The translations under genes and the position numbers were made by a program. Positions 12,012-25,140 of a stretch of 44,246 bases of DNA are shown piece after piece. The stretch is taken from contig WELA01002449.1 in the NCBI GenBank assembly GCA_009602735.1, positions 257,751 through 301,996 on the forward strand, read 5' to 3'. This DNA comes from Mesotaenium endlicherianum. Its lineage: Eukaryota. The number at the start of each line of letters is the position of its first letter. Position 1 is the first letter of the stretch. The notes under the pieces were generated by a model. The model saw only the letters and a list, made by a program, of their open reading frames with translations. It was not told where the DNA came from and did not search any database.

Positions 12012-12843
12012 TCTTTGTTAAAATTTGCCTCACATTATAGTAATTTGTTTGTTGCAAAGCAACAGGAAAACGATTTTGTTATATGAAGACGTCTTCGCAA
12101 AAACTAAGTCTTTTTTATGGACCTGAATATCTATAATCATATGCGTAAATATTTTCTTTAATTTTATAATGCTTTTGATAAATATAGCTGCACAAATTTC
12201 TTTCACCATTCTTTTGAAGTGGTTGAACACATTTTAAATATTTTTTTCAAATAAAGTAAATTTCAATGATTTTTTAACAAGATGAAAGTCCGTGCTGTAA
12301 AAGTACCAGGGTATAAATACCAGATGCGTTGTCAACTATGTTAAAATTTGTAAAACAAATTTTGTTATAGATATATTGCTTGGTTATATCACACTTTGTT
12401 ATAAAAATTTGGAACTGTCGTATTTGTTAGACAAGTATTTAATTATACATTGCTTTTCATTGTTGTTGCATTATATTGGCAGATTCAAAAAAAAATCGTT
12501 GCAATTTAACATGCTTTGCAAAAAGAAAGCTTTGTTAATTTTGATTATTTTCATAAATTACACAAATTCTACCATATTTCATTCACATGAACATAATTTT
12601 ACAATATTTATTTTTTACAACTTCAGTTCAATCAAGACGCAAACAATGTGAATAAAAATAAAAAATTGGGCCAACTTTTTTCAACGTTATTGTATCGTAC
12701 TTTTCAACTCAAAGTAAATTTGTTGTAGCAAGCTAATATGTTCATCCAAAAACAGATTTTTCAATTTTGGTAGATTTGTAAATTATATAAGTTCTAATGT
12801 TTACCATTATAAGAATGTTGTTTTGCACTATTTATTTTCACAA

Positions 12844-13095
12844 TTGTAGCCACATACAATGAAGACAAAAATAAGCAGTTAGATTAACTTAGATGTCAAC
12901 TCGTGGTAAACTCTCATGACTTTTGTTTAATCAAAATAGAAGTAGCCACATACAATGTGGACAAAAATAGTTGGATTAATGTAGAAGTCAACGCGTGGTA
13001 AATTTCTACGACTTTTGTTCAATCAAAATAGTTGTAAAACGTTTAATGTGGATAAAAATAATTAATTGGGTCAATTTAGATGTCAATTTGTGAAA
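12844..13095. repeat. Degenerate tandem repeat, ~90-97-bp period, ~2.7 copies
   Basis: GTAGCCACATACAATG--GACAAAAATA...GTCAAC-CGTGGTAAA...GACTTTTGTT-AATCAAAATAG is repeated. Confidence 0.85.
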
Positions 13096-14954
13096 TTGTA
13101 TTATTTATTCAATCCTTAATTATAAAGATATAAAACACTATGAATCGCCTGTGAAAAAATATCTCATTACGTAGTATAAAATGATTGAATTATCATGAAC
13201 TGCCAGTAAAAAGTTTCTGCTAACATAATGTAAGCAATTCTAAAAAACGTGACTACAATTTATGTGACATTTATGTCAATATTTTATGATTGTTGTGGAA
13301 AAATAAATTGTTATATAATCAGCGCGTGTGACAAATATTGTTGACTAAATTAACACATTAGATTAAGTATTTTTAAATATTGGTCTTCCAGATCAACTTA
13401 TATGTAATTAGAAAGTTAGTAAGAAATCTAACTTATTGATATGATTAATATATAGATTTTTATTGACATATAATGAATTAACTAACAAATACACACATGA
13501 TTTATTGTACGTCATTGTAAAATATCAATAACAATGTATGCGTTGACATCATTATTACTTTGTAATTGCATATTTGATTTAGAAAGAACATGTTATAATT
13601 GTATGTATACATAAAATAGCAAAATCTAAAATAGTGTACGTTTGAATGATAAGATTATTTTTTTGGGTATTTTTTAATAATATTAAATATACATGTAATC
13701 AGTTGACTTTTCAAACAAATATTGTAAATTTTTATGAATTCATAAATTTTGATATTAAAGATCAAAATTTAAAAATATCATACAATATTAAGATTACTAT
13801 TAAGAATATTGGTCACAATATTCTAAATACATTAGATATGAATTCACCTATAACAATTGCAAAGTCTCAAAATTATAGTCACAAAATTGTACTCACGTTT
13901 TATGAAAAAAATTATATTATGATGTTTTAGAAAATATATTTTTTTTATTATTATTTTATCTGTAAAAAACAACAACATAAAAAATGTGTTGCTTAACAAC
14001 AATAGATCCAATGATTGCGCTATATTTTAATATGTTTATTTATTGTTCATTAAATACGTACAACATATAATATTATCCCTTAATTTGTTGAGCGTGTTAT
14101 CTTTCATCACTTCACAATCATTCAAGTATAATTGATTTTGTATGTATGAGTCTACAAACGATCAAATGATACTATAATTAAAATTTTTGTACATGGCATT
14201 TAGTTGCAAAATGAAATGTATCCAATTCAAAGACATTTTTGACAAAATAAATAAAATCTTTGAAAATTTATTATTGTCAAAGATTCATATTTTCTAAATC
14301 CGTAGTTAATTTCAAATTCACAAGTTATATTGGTAAAAGTCTGTTACATTTGTTATTAAATAATAATTATCCTCACTTTGAATATAGGTACATTTTTTTA
14401 GTATTAATATCGACGTTGCACATTATGTCCAAAATATTAGTCACATTCGATGAAAAAGTACAAATTTAATGTCCAAAATAATTGTAAGAAAATCAAAGTA
14501 CTTATTATGAAGATTATTTATTTATTGTAAATACTTGTGGGAAGTGGAGTAACTGTTTTTAAATCGATTAACGTTCAGATACATAGAATTACGATTCTCA
14601 AATTTCGTCTCTCTTCTAACGCTCCCTTGATATTTTATATAATTCAACTTAAGTGTAAATAAGCGTACACCTAAAATTAAGTACTCTGCATCATCATGTA
14701 CCTATTTTCATGAACATAGTCCCCTTCCTACCATTGAATTATGTGAACATGTCTGAATGGCTTCAATATTTAAAATGTGTGGATACATTTTCAGATACTT
14801 CTATCACTTTTCGTCATGAAATTATAATTTTTTATGTATCAATGACCTCTAAAAGCTAGTGGTGGCATTCTTCATCTATGTTAAGTCTCGATGTCTCCTG
14901 GTGAAAACATTGAAAGTAAATTATGTGTATATCAAGATGGACCAAAAATACCTC

Positions 14955-15346
14955 AACAAATATTGCAAAATTTTGGTCACAACCATCAAAGCAATTGTTT
15001 GAGCTTTTTTCATCTCTTTAAAGATTCCGCTACTGCCACAAAAGTGTGATTTAACAAATATTGCAAAATTTTGGTCACAACCATCAAAGCAATTGTTTGA
15101 GCTTTTTTCATCTCTTTAAAGATTCCGCTACTGCCACAAAAGTGTGATTTAACAAATATTGCAAAATTTTGGTCACAACCATCAAAGCAATTGTTTGAGC
15201 TTTTTTCATCTCTTTAAAGATTCCGCTACTGCCACAAAAGTGTGATTTAACAAATATTGCAAAATTTTGGTCACAACCATCAAAGCAATTGTTTGAGCTT
15301 TTTTCATCTCTTTAAAGATTCCGCTACTGCCACAAAAGTGTGATTT
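14955..15346. repeat. Tandem array, 4 x 98 bp, apparently identical units
   Basis: The unit AACAAATATTGCAAAATTTTGG...GCCACAAAAGTGTGATTT starts at 14955, 15053, 15151 and 15249. Confidence 0.95.
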
Positions 15347-15489
15347 GATTCAGTGAAATTATACACGAATAAAATTTTAATCAAAACTTAGACAATATAG
15401 ACATATGAGATTCAAAATATTTGGCAGCATTATATAATTTGAAAAGATGAACATAAAAATATATTTTACTTTTGTATCAGCACGTACAT

Positions 15490-16740
15490 ATTCACATCAA
15501 TTCACGCCTCCTTCCTAACACCTGATAAATGAAATGCATGTATAAATATTATTAAGATAGATTTATGTGAAAAAGCGCGTTCAACTTTTTAATACTTGGT
15601 TACATCTCTTGTTAGTAATTCATAAAATTGAATTTTCAAAATCGATCTACTCCGGTGCAAAATTTGAGAGTACATTGCGTGAAGTACATTGCGACAATTT
15701 GAGAATATTTTAGAGAGTATGATGCAGAATTGTCCTCCACAGACATGGAAACAATGGATTGAATCTTACAATTTTTTCTTTGTTGTTACAAAAGTGTCAT
15801 TTGACAATGTGAAGCTATATACAAATGACACCCTAATCAAGCAGCTAAATTGTTCAGACATGTATGGGCTTAAAAACATGCGACAACACCAAATGACCTT
15901 AAAAAATTCAAACTATGAAAGAAGTTCAAAAATTTCATGGATCATACCTCAAGCTGAAAGACGACCTATGTTGTTGATTTGGACCATCTCAAAAAAAAAA
16001 AAAAAACGTCATTGAAATGTGACTACTTATTTCATTGAGAATCATTTAAAATTATCACAAAAGTAAGTCACATAATAATTTGTATGTCAGAGATACATTA
16101 TGTAAGGAACAAATTTAGAAGTTAAAAAATTAACCATCATAATTGAATATATCCGAAATATACTGGATATGTGACATTTTTGGTAAATATTGACCTTTGA
16201 TGTCAAATGTTGCTATTGAAAATGAGATTTATGAATATTTGTATGGTTGTATTTTTAGCACGGCAATTTTTGATGTGCAACATCCACATCAGTAATTAAG
16301 TGGAATCTAGTTGCTATGAGTGGTCATGCAACAAGGAAAAGAACCAACCTTCATGACATAATATACAAAAACAACTCTTCATTGTATTGTATGTGAAAAT
16401 TAGAGTGCAATGACTAAATATGTTCATTATTTATCAACTTTTGCATGGCAAAAATTGGCAACATCTACAAAAAAAAACGGAAAAAAAAAGAAGATTGAAT
16501 ATTCGAACTTTCACATCATAAGTCATTTGGCTAACAACTGAAGATGGACTTTAAAGTGCAATGGTCAAAGAAGTAATGTATCCTAGACACAACCCATCGG
16601 TACCTTTCTCTTTGTTGTACTTTTCAACTTCTAAATCAATCGAAGAAATTCAAAATTCTTAAAATTTCCTTTGGGATTTTAGCACCTTCGTGAGAGCTCG
16701 CGTCACTTCATACTGATTTGTTTGTCGCAAAACAACATCC
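15490..16740 (+). pseudogene. Decayed intronless gene-like segment, direct paralog of ~10550-12070
   Basis: Same collinear blocks as the partner. Residual ORF 15689-16015 aligns with stop-interrupted peptides at ~10730-10950 (MQNCPP, VTKV.FDNV.L.TNDTL, MYG.K.M). Confidence 0.65.
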
Positions 16741-19700
16741 ACACATTTTTCACAATTTGATGTGGTCCACCATTTCTTAATAGCCACGCCTGTGGCACCC
16801 GGGAGAACGACTTTATTTTTTGGAAACAACATGCTCACAAAAAGAAAGTCATATTGATGGTCTAATTACTTTGTGCGCCTTTAAACAACAATAATTCACT
16901 TTAAAAAAATTAATTTTGTCTTTCTCAACGGCGACTTCACATCTGCTGTTTTGATGTTTGGAAGAGATGGGTGGCAATTAAGTTGTGCACATTGTTTTTG
17001 TCTCCAACAAGATCATAACATAATATTATGATGAAAAAAACTCATATTGTGTTAAAAAATTATCATTAACATGCTTTACTAACTTTGAGACTTGTTTTCA
17101 AGAAACAATGATGGTGTCTGATATTTCCTTTGTTTAAATAAAAATTGTGAAATGTTGAATTTATTACCTTACTTCATTTTGTGTAGCATACAAAAGTAAA
17201 TAAATCAAGGTACATGTAGGAAAAAGTTAGCTATCATTTTTGTCATGATGTTTGATAAAAACTTTGATTTCAAGTTTCAACTCATGTTGTTAAAGGTTGT
17301 TTCATTGCCTGCAAAAACGCTCCTTTTAAACTTGTGTATATCATCTTATTTGATCTACTCTCGTTCACATCAAATATGCAATTCTCTTATGTATGACAAA
17401 AGTGCATATGAAATACCAGTTTTGACTTTCGTCATCCCTTGAAAACATAGCAAGAAGTCAACATTGGTCTTTCGCCAAAGATATATCCTTGCATCACACA
17501 GTATCTGTAAGGTATAGTATAGATATGACCCATGAAAATATATTTACATTGTGCACAAACTAATTGATTAAAATAATTTAACAAGTCAAGAAGGTTTAAT
17601 TTGTAAATATGCGGTGCCAATAGTCAAATATCATATGCAATATATATCTTGAAAAGAGGGGTTGGAGAAAAGGTTAAAAACGCGTAAAAATAAAATAATA
17701 ATTTTATATTGGCACCAAATATTCGATTTGTGGTAAGCATCTTTTCATCTACACGCTACTCTTAATTTTGTTTGAGCATGTCAATTCACCTAGTAAGTGT
17801 TGTCAAAGATAATTGAATCATTCAACAAGAACTTAACCCTACACATTGATGACATATTGTGTGCTCTATGAAAATTTGTCTATTAATGTCCATATAATTA
17901 TCCGTTAGAATAAAAGTTTATCGTATTGTAAAGCTCTAGATAATGTTCATCACAGATACTACAAAAATAACATGATTATTCATATATATGTTTTTCAAGG
18001 TTGACACTCTTGACTGGCAAACTTATAAATAAACAAATCAGGTATGTTTTACTCTAATATAGACGACATCCTTGATGTTTTCCGTTCCTCCTCCCCCCTT
18101 CCCTCCCCTTTTGTCCCATCTTGAGTTCATGACAATTTTTTATTGTACAAGAGACATAGGCACAAGCACAGGTTATAGATGAGTCTGCAACTCAAAAAAC
18201 TACAGTCCAATCTTCTGTTCTTTCCTAGTAAATTTTCACCCGACGTCCCTTACTAAAATGATGAAAAATAGTTTTCATGTAGTAGTTATGTATGTCAATT
18301 GATTATATTGGTGTATGCGAATTTTTTTTGATAATTCTTCAAATATTTTTTTACATTGAAGATTTTTGATTAAAATATTTTATACGTAAACATTTAATTT
18401 ACTATTAGTCTTGTCAAGCTATTTATAAATTTTTATCACCATAAGATATAAGTACAATATTTTAATAATTTTTTATTATTTACATTCCAAAATAATATGA
18501 TGATATATTTCTCATGTAAACATATTATTCAAAAATAACGATCAATATAATATAATATTTTACACAAAATTTTTTATATTAATTATAAAAAATTGAAAAT
18601 TGTATTTACAGGAGATTTAAAAAACATCTTACAATAAATTGTGTAAACAATAATTGTGCAGTTTGCATGTACAAAAAAAATGGCAATTTGTCAGAAATAT
18701 TATATTAATCAAGTATAATCGTGTTGGTAATGATATTAATATTCACAAATTTGTTGAGATAATTATCAGAGATGTTGACATAAATTATTCATTTAAAAAA
18801 AAATGTGATAATTCATATATTAAAAAGGAGAGAGAGCAAAAAAGTTATATATGAGGAGAAGGCAGAAGAGAAAGATACGCAAAGGAATGAGACAAGCCAT
18901 ATCTTCACTTGGTCTATCACAAGCTGTCTCACTTTTCATTTTCTTTGTCAAAAAAATGTGATGTTGATAATCAAAGTGAATTTTGTTGGTACAGAGACAT
19001 CTGTGCAGATATATTTTTTTGATTTAAATTTGCGCGTATGTCAGCACATTGTTGTTAATTTTTGACTCAAACGTGCTATTTTTACGCGTAAGAGTAAATG
19101 GGTTTATTATTCTCCCTCTCCCATTTTGTTCTCTATCTTTATCACATCGTCTTGCCCTCTGTCTCTCCCTCTCCGTCTGCCTGCTCTCTCTTCCTTTTTT
19201 CCCTGTACCTCTTCTTCTCTTTCCTTTCATCATGTCCTTATGTTCGTAAATGATTTCATGAATCACTGTGTAACAAATTACAGGCAGGCAGTCTTTGAAT
19301 GAATCAAATTCGTCACCAGCCGAGATAGCGGGTGCGTACCACTTGGTTCGCTTAAGGTGGGCACCATTGTTTTGACTCCTTGTTTTGTTGCCTCTACTAA
19401 ATCTTGTTAAAATGTTTGAAGTGGAAATAATGTGTGTGTGCCAACGTCAGTAACACGACAATAGTGTTAACAAGTGGTGACAATGGGTCGGGTGTTAGCG
19501 TCGACTAGTGGTGGTGAAATTCTTGTGCGCAGACTTTTTTGAATACAAATAAATAACGTAATGTTTGTTTGAAACATAACAATAAAATATAAATTAGTGA
19601 AATAAATTTTTATAACTTATTGTCACAAAATGTACCTAGCAAGATCACTGTTTTTATGTTATTTTATCTAAATATTCTAATGTATTGTAATTACAAAGAT

Positions 19701-22700
19701 AATAATAATACTTCTCTCTCCCTTCTTCTTAATCTTGCCCTTGTGCTTGTAGATGACACCGTGAATGCTTGGATAACTGATTGACATGCAAGCAACTTTT
19801 ATATGGAACATATTTGTAACAGTCAACAAGACTCGTCTCCGGTCAAAAGAGCGAGTTTGTACGACCAAGTCCGTCTGAGATATATTTTTTTCTTAATTTA
19901 TCACTTTCAACTAATACGAGCATGCTGTTGCACTCTTTGTCATACTTCAATGAAAAAAGGATACCTTGTCATTTTGACAAAAAATATGGAAACAAAGGAT
20001 GACATTCTACCATCTCTTGGCCAAATCACTTGGTTACATCCTACTGAACATACAGTAAAGGTAGCGCTCGAGTAGCGCTCAAGTATAATAAAACTAATTT
20101 ATGAGATCATAAGATTATTTTGTAATATTATTATGCAATTGAATGTGGTAACTATTATTATTTACTAACTGTCATATTTTTTCGTCACTGGTCATTTTTA
20201 AGCATTTTCCAAATTTTTAACTGCAATTATATGTACTTATGTCCACATACTCATAATAAAAGCATACATGTTGTGGACCACAAAGAAATTGCTGAACATA
20301 ACATTTGAAATTTTTTGACGATAATGAAGAGGTGAATTCAATTTCAAGGTAGACGTTGGAAGGACAATTTTTTATTGTCATGACATTTTATGTCAATTTC
20401 AATGTACAATTCTCCTTTCAATTGCATTTCGCTGTTGATTCTTGTAGTCTCTCGTTACAATGAGCATATGCTTTCCAGTAATTGATTTCAATGCATTATT
20501 GTACATGATGTTGACGTGGTACCTATTGTACCTGATTGTGTAACATGAATCCTTTGTTAGTGATGTTCAGTTGACCAAGTGGATGAAACCTTTGATAAAT
20601 GTTAAAGTTGTTTATTCTGGAAGTACGTACCGACAGATTGAGGTTGGCATTGGATTTTTGCCAAAAGAGTTGGACAATGCTCAAAGCTTAAGAACAACAA
20701 TTTGTACGGTTTTAGTGGCACAAAATTTGCGTGGACCAAGATGGCTTAGATATTCTGTAATACACAAGCTAAACAAAGGTCAACAAAGCAAGTTACAAGG
20801 CTATGATAGGCAACAATTTTGTTGAGAATCTAACTGAAGTGTTTGTAGGGTACAGTAAGAGTGACTCTAGCATGTATACATTGGAGTCTACACTGCTATA
20901 TGGCACTAAAAGAAGACAGAAAAAGTAATATTGTATCTTACATATTTTATTTGAAGAGAAAGCATAATAAAGTATTGATATCGGATTTCCTGAACGTGAA
21001 CTTCAAGAATCGCAAGACACATTCGAAATCATGTCCATAAACCTATCTTCTAAAAATTAGAACACTTTGCGTTGTCTGGTTTGGCTTCAAAGATTTAGAC
21101 ATTGGGGTACTTTGCCAATTTTTCTACTTCATTAATCTTAGACTAGTGCACTACTTGTAATTTTTCGTTGTTTATCTCTCAACAACTTAAGAAGTTTATG
21201 TTATGCTTTTAGGGGCCATTGGGGGAGAAGTGGAACAAGGGGAGGAGTAACATACTTGGCATTAAAAGAGGAACACACAACTCCAACACCAAGAGAGGCA
21301 CGCATCGCATCAAAAAGTCGAAAGCATTCACTTTCTCGTGAACGCTGGAGCCGCAATCTCCAAAGAGGGAAGGCGAGTAGGACCTTACACTAACAATGGG
21401 CCAAGGTGCTTCTCAAAGGCAAAGTAGGCACTTAGACCCATGGGGAAGGTTTTTCTCTCATGAAGCTGTCTCGAGAAAATAAAAATTTTGATGCACTGGA
21501 GACATGCAACAAGGCAAGTATTACCTTTACTCTTGTTTTTTTTGCGTTTTGAAGTCGCCTTTCAATGTGCCAGCCATTGCTTGCAATGAATATTTGAACT
21601 TCTGTTTATCTTTATATTGTTACTTTTTAAAATTCCTCAACTTCTGCGTAAAAGCACACAAACAGTTTTTATTTTGCGCCCTTATTCTCGTGAATAATAT
21701 ACTAAGATGTTGCCATGGTTTGTCTTTTGGTGATTGGAGTAGATGCTGCTCCTTGTTGCATGGCCACTCTTGGAAGCTAGCTTTCTCATAGAAATTGGTA
21801 TAGCACATGAAGAACAACGTGCTGAAGGTTAGATCTTTAACATCATCATGGAACTTCATCTTAACAAAAGCATTTAATATCAAGAGTCAATATGTAATTA
21901 GGTCTTCTACAATTAGTTGAATTTGAACAAGTCAACAATAATCATGTATTTTATGTATTCTTTTTTTCTTCAGTATACAATGTGTCTCTTAGATATATAT
22001 TTTTTTGTAGGTCACAGTAGCAGTTAGTGTTTAATACTATTGAATAAAATGTAGCCACAATTCAATGGAGGTCTATATACTCTAGGAATTTGCATGTTGA
22101 TCCTGGATGAGATGAATATAGCAGGGCATCATTGGTCTATTATTTGTACATCAGTGGAAGTGTGTGTTTTTATATGGTAATGCGTGAGCTTGTGTTCAAG
22201 AGCAAGTGTCTGGGAGTGTCACCAAGCTTGAGCGCACGCTTGTGTGTGTTCATGTGTGTCACTGCAATAAAGTAACATTTTTCCTAACAAGTGTCAAATG
22301 GTGATGTACAAGCATATTATAGAGGTATTAGCCACATAAAATATTGCTTGTTGACATATTAAAAATAAAAGAGTATGACAAAAATGTGTTGAGATGATTG
22401 GCCAACAACCTACATTCCAAGTATTGCTGTGCCAAAAGTCTTGTTCTTGCGTTGCCAATTGGCGTGACAAATATAATGCATGTTTGATGGAACCATTTAT
22501 ATTACTGTCATTTACATCAGGTGAATGGTACTTTAAATAAAGTCATTCCCTTGCTATCGGACGTCACATCTGCAACACAATAAGAGAAGCTATTTCTATT
22601 ATCAAAAGACTTAAAAAACTTGCTTGGAAGAAGACCAAACACTAAAAAATTGAGAACATTAATCAATGCGCAAAACACTACGCTGCAAGCTAATATGTAT

Positions 22701-23104
22701 TAAATTGGTAGTAGTCAAAAGTGGGGGGTTGGGCTTATATGCACTTATTTGTATGCGCAACAAAATGGTTGCATCAACCAGACGAAGAGGAATGGTTGGC
22801 GACAAAGAATAGAAGGAGCTTTAGAAATAATTTTGCAACTTGCACTTAGGACTTGCCTTTACACTAATAACTCGATGAAGATGGGAAAAGTTGCTCAAGC
22901 TTCCAATTTTGCCTCCATGAACGGGCCATAGCAGCCTGAACGTGATGTTAGAAAAGAATCTCCAAAGTTGTAGCAATCGTGTAATACAGTCGCCCAATCT
23001 GTTGGACCAAGCCGCAACTCTGCCATCTTATATACGCACCACTGGTTCGTGCCAACAGCCAACGTGAGAGTGTCCTTTGCCCGATCTGTAGGGGCTAACA
23101 TTTC

Positions 23105-24225
23105 ATTTTGCGTAACCTAGGGACTTCCTTCTTTTGGTATCTTCCTGTCTCTTTTTTTATATTCCACAATTTTCCCTATTTTCTGCTGGCTCTTTGAAGG
23201 TACTTTAGAGCGTCTTTTTTTGCAATCTTTGTTACCTTTTTTTGTATCCAAGGGTTTCCATTCATTAATTAGCCATCATTCATCCACGACTAGTCACATC
23301 CAGCCCCTGCCACCTGAAGTCAAAAAATAGCTAATCAATTTTTGGATGAGATGCTATTCCAAGAGCGAACTGCCCCAGACTACACTAGGGCTCGTGACAA
23401 CATGCAACACTTGAGCCTGCATGGCTGGTTGATTGGCTGGCTTGGCCCTCTTTTCATACCCTGCCAGATCTTTGTGCTTACCCTAGGGCTTCCCTTTTTT
23501 TTGCACCCTGTCGTCTCTTTTGTGCAACCAAATGGCTTCCCTCTTTCCGTACAATGGCACCTCTTTGTGCATATCTAGGGGGCTTCCCCCTTTTCGTAGA
23601 CTGTCGTTTCTTCTCACATCCCCTGAAACTTCACTCTTTTTGTGACCTGTCGTCCCTTTTTGCGCATAGCCCAAGGGCTTCTTTCTTTTTGTACCCTGCC
23701 ATTTTCTTCTCGCGTTTCCTACTCTTCTCGTACTCTGGTGTCCCTTCTTGCGTACCCCAAGAGCTTTCCACTTTAAGTACTCCTTAAGTCCCTTTGTCCG
23801 TACCCCAGCTCATTTTGGGAGAATATTTGTCTAAGACTTGGTGGACCTTTGAATGTTTGCGTAACTTCAATGAAAGCTTAACTGACTATTTCCAAGCTTT
23901 GATTTTGGCATATGTAAATTGATGATATTCACATTGAAAGCATTGCAATTAAAAAAATGCGGTATATAACCGCAATAAAAAAATGCGTTATACAACCGGA
24001 CATTGATATTTAAAGGACCTCAAGTTTTTTGATTTGTTAGCAAAGCTACTCCCTAAATTCTACATGGACTCTTACCCCCATGCCCCAATTGGGAGCTAGA
24101 TTTTCTCTCTTCGTACCTAGCCGTCTCTTTCTACGTACCCAATCAACTCTCTTTTTTTGTATCCCTACAGTCCCTGTATGCCTGTTAGGCACTTCTCTCC
24201 TTTTGTACCCTTGTCGTCTCGTTGT
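23105..24225. repeat. Cluster of degenerate short motifs (GTACCC-AGGGCTTCC and CCTGTCGTCTCTTT) in pyrimidine-rich sequence
   Basis: Variants near 23110, 23243, 23478, 23506, 23572, 23646, 23670, 23750, 24112 and 24205, all on the same strand. Confidence 0.55.
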
Positions 24226-25049
24226 GTGACTTTCTTTTGTTCATTCTCCTGCATTCTCTTTTGTGTTTTACATACAGTCTCCTTCATAATCTATCCTTGC
24301 TTTAAAGGAGGTGCATTTTTGTTGAGTAATACATGTGTCCACGGACTTGCTTTGATTTCCTTAATGATGCAGTACTAGGTGCAATTTCACGTACTAATAA
24401 CTTCTATTAAACCGAACATATGGCATGTTCAAGTTTGGCCCTCATTCATCCTAAACCCCCTTCATTTTTTCATTGGTAGTTGAAGATGGAGTTAACGTAC
24501 GTTTTTGCACAACCCGATCTTTTACATCTTTTTAACTGGGATGGAAGCAATAAACTCGAGCAATCCAATATTTGCGCATTCTTACATTATGCCAAGTCCC
24601 AAACCACATCATGGGGATTAAAATTGTTGGAGCAATCTATCTTAAGTTGGTCTTGAAGATTGTCTCAGATTCAATATTCAATTGTGGCATTAGATCTTAT
24701 GCGCAATGTGTTTCGGCAAGATTGAGCAATCAACCGGTGCTAATTGCTGGAAAGGAAATTGTGCAACAGATGGGGAGGTTTAAGAACATACTTAGGACAA
24801 ATGTGTATTCTTACTATGCTTTTGTTTGATCTCGCTATTAACGTTAAACAAGGAAACTGACTCCGCAAATAAAGTTACTAGCAAACCTCGGCCTAATATG
24901 CCATGGTCAAGGCAAAGAGTGCAATAGTATGACATTCACGGCCGTTGCTGTGCAACTTGCCTCCTCTCCACGAGTACAAAGCGCCTTGTAAGCCGCCCCC
25001 CGTGCAGACCAGGAGCTAAGGCACGTCCTACGAAATGCTGTGGACTGCT

Positions 25050-25140
25050 CTACAACTTGGAAGGGGCGGGGTACCAGTTCCACGGATCTTGCGACGTGTA
25101 AGTCGTGACTTGCTTCACCGACAGGTAGTTCTCTAGTCCC
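25050..25140 (-). CDS. ALDH10: ALDH10 exon 15 (terminal)
   Basis: [29 protein letters not shown] then TAG; absent from the ORF track in this frame, translated by hand. Confidence 0.93.

Larger units (their letters stand above)
10550..12070 (+). pseudogene. Decayed intronless gene-like segment, direct paralog of ~15490-16740
   Basis: Collinear shared blocks: TTCACATCAATTCACG, CAAAAGTGT-ATTTGACAATGT, TTGATTTGGACCAT, TTGACCTTTGA, TTTTTAGCACGG, TTAGAGTGCAATGAC, GAACTTTCACAT, ATTTGTTTGT-GCAAA. Confidence 0.65.

Noticed and set aside
12720..13570. F-box/LRR-like fragments on the minus strand (LPKLKNLFL; LIFYNDV..I.CVF)
   Set aside because: Too short and degenerate; L/I/F/N/K-rich peptides arise by chance in AT-rich DNA. 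This needs a profile search on a reconstructed consensus.
14955..15346. CRISPR-like array
   Set aside because: The units are identical end to end with no unique spacers, the context is eukaryotic and there are no cas genes.
18805..19266. ORFs with membrane-like or charged peptides
   Set aside because: They derive from CT/GA-rich low-complexity sequence.
24865..24910. Helitron 3' end (hairpin plus CTAG) on the minus strand
   Set aside because: The stem is weak and mismatched, its spacing to CTAG is too short, and it lies in the likely ALDH10 3' UTR.
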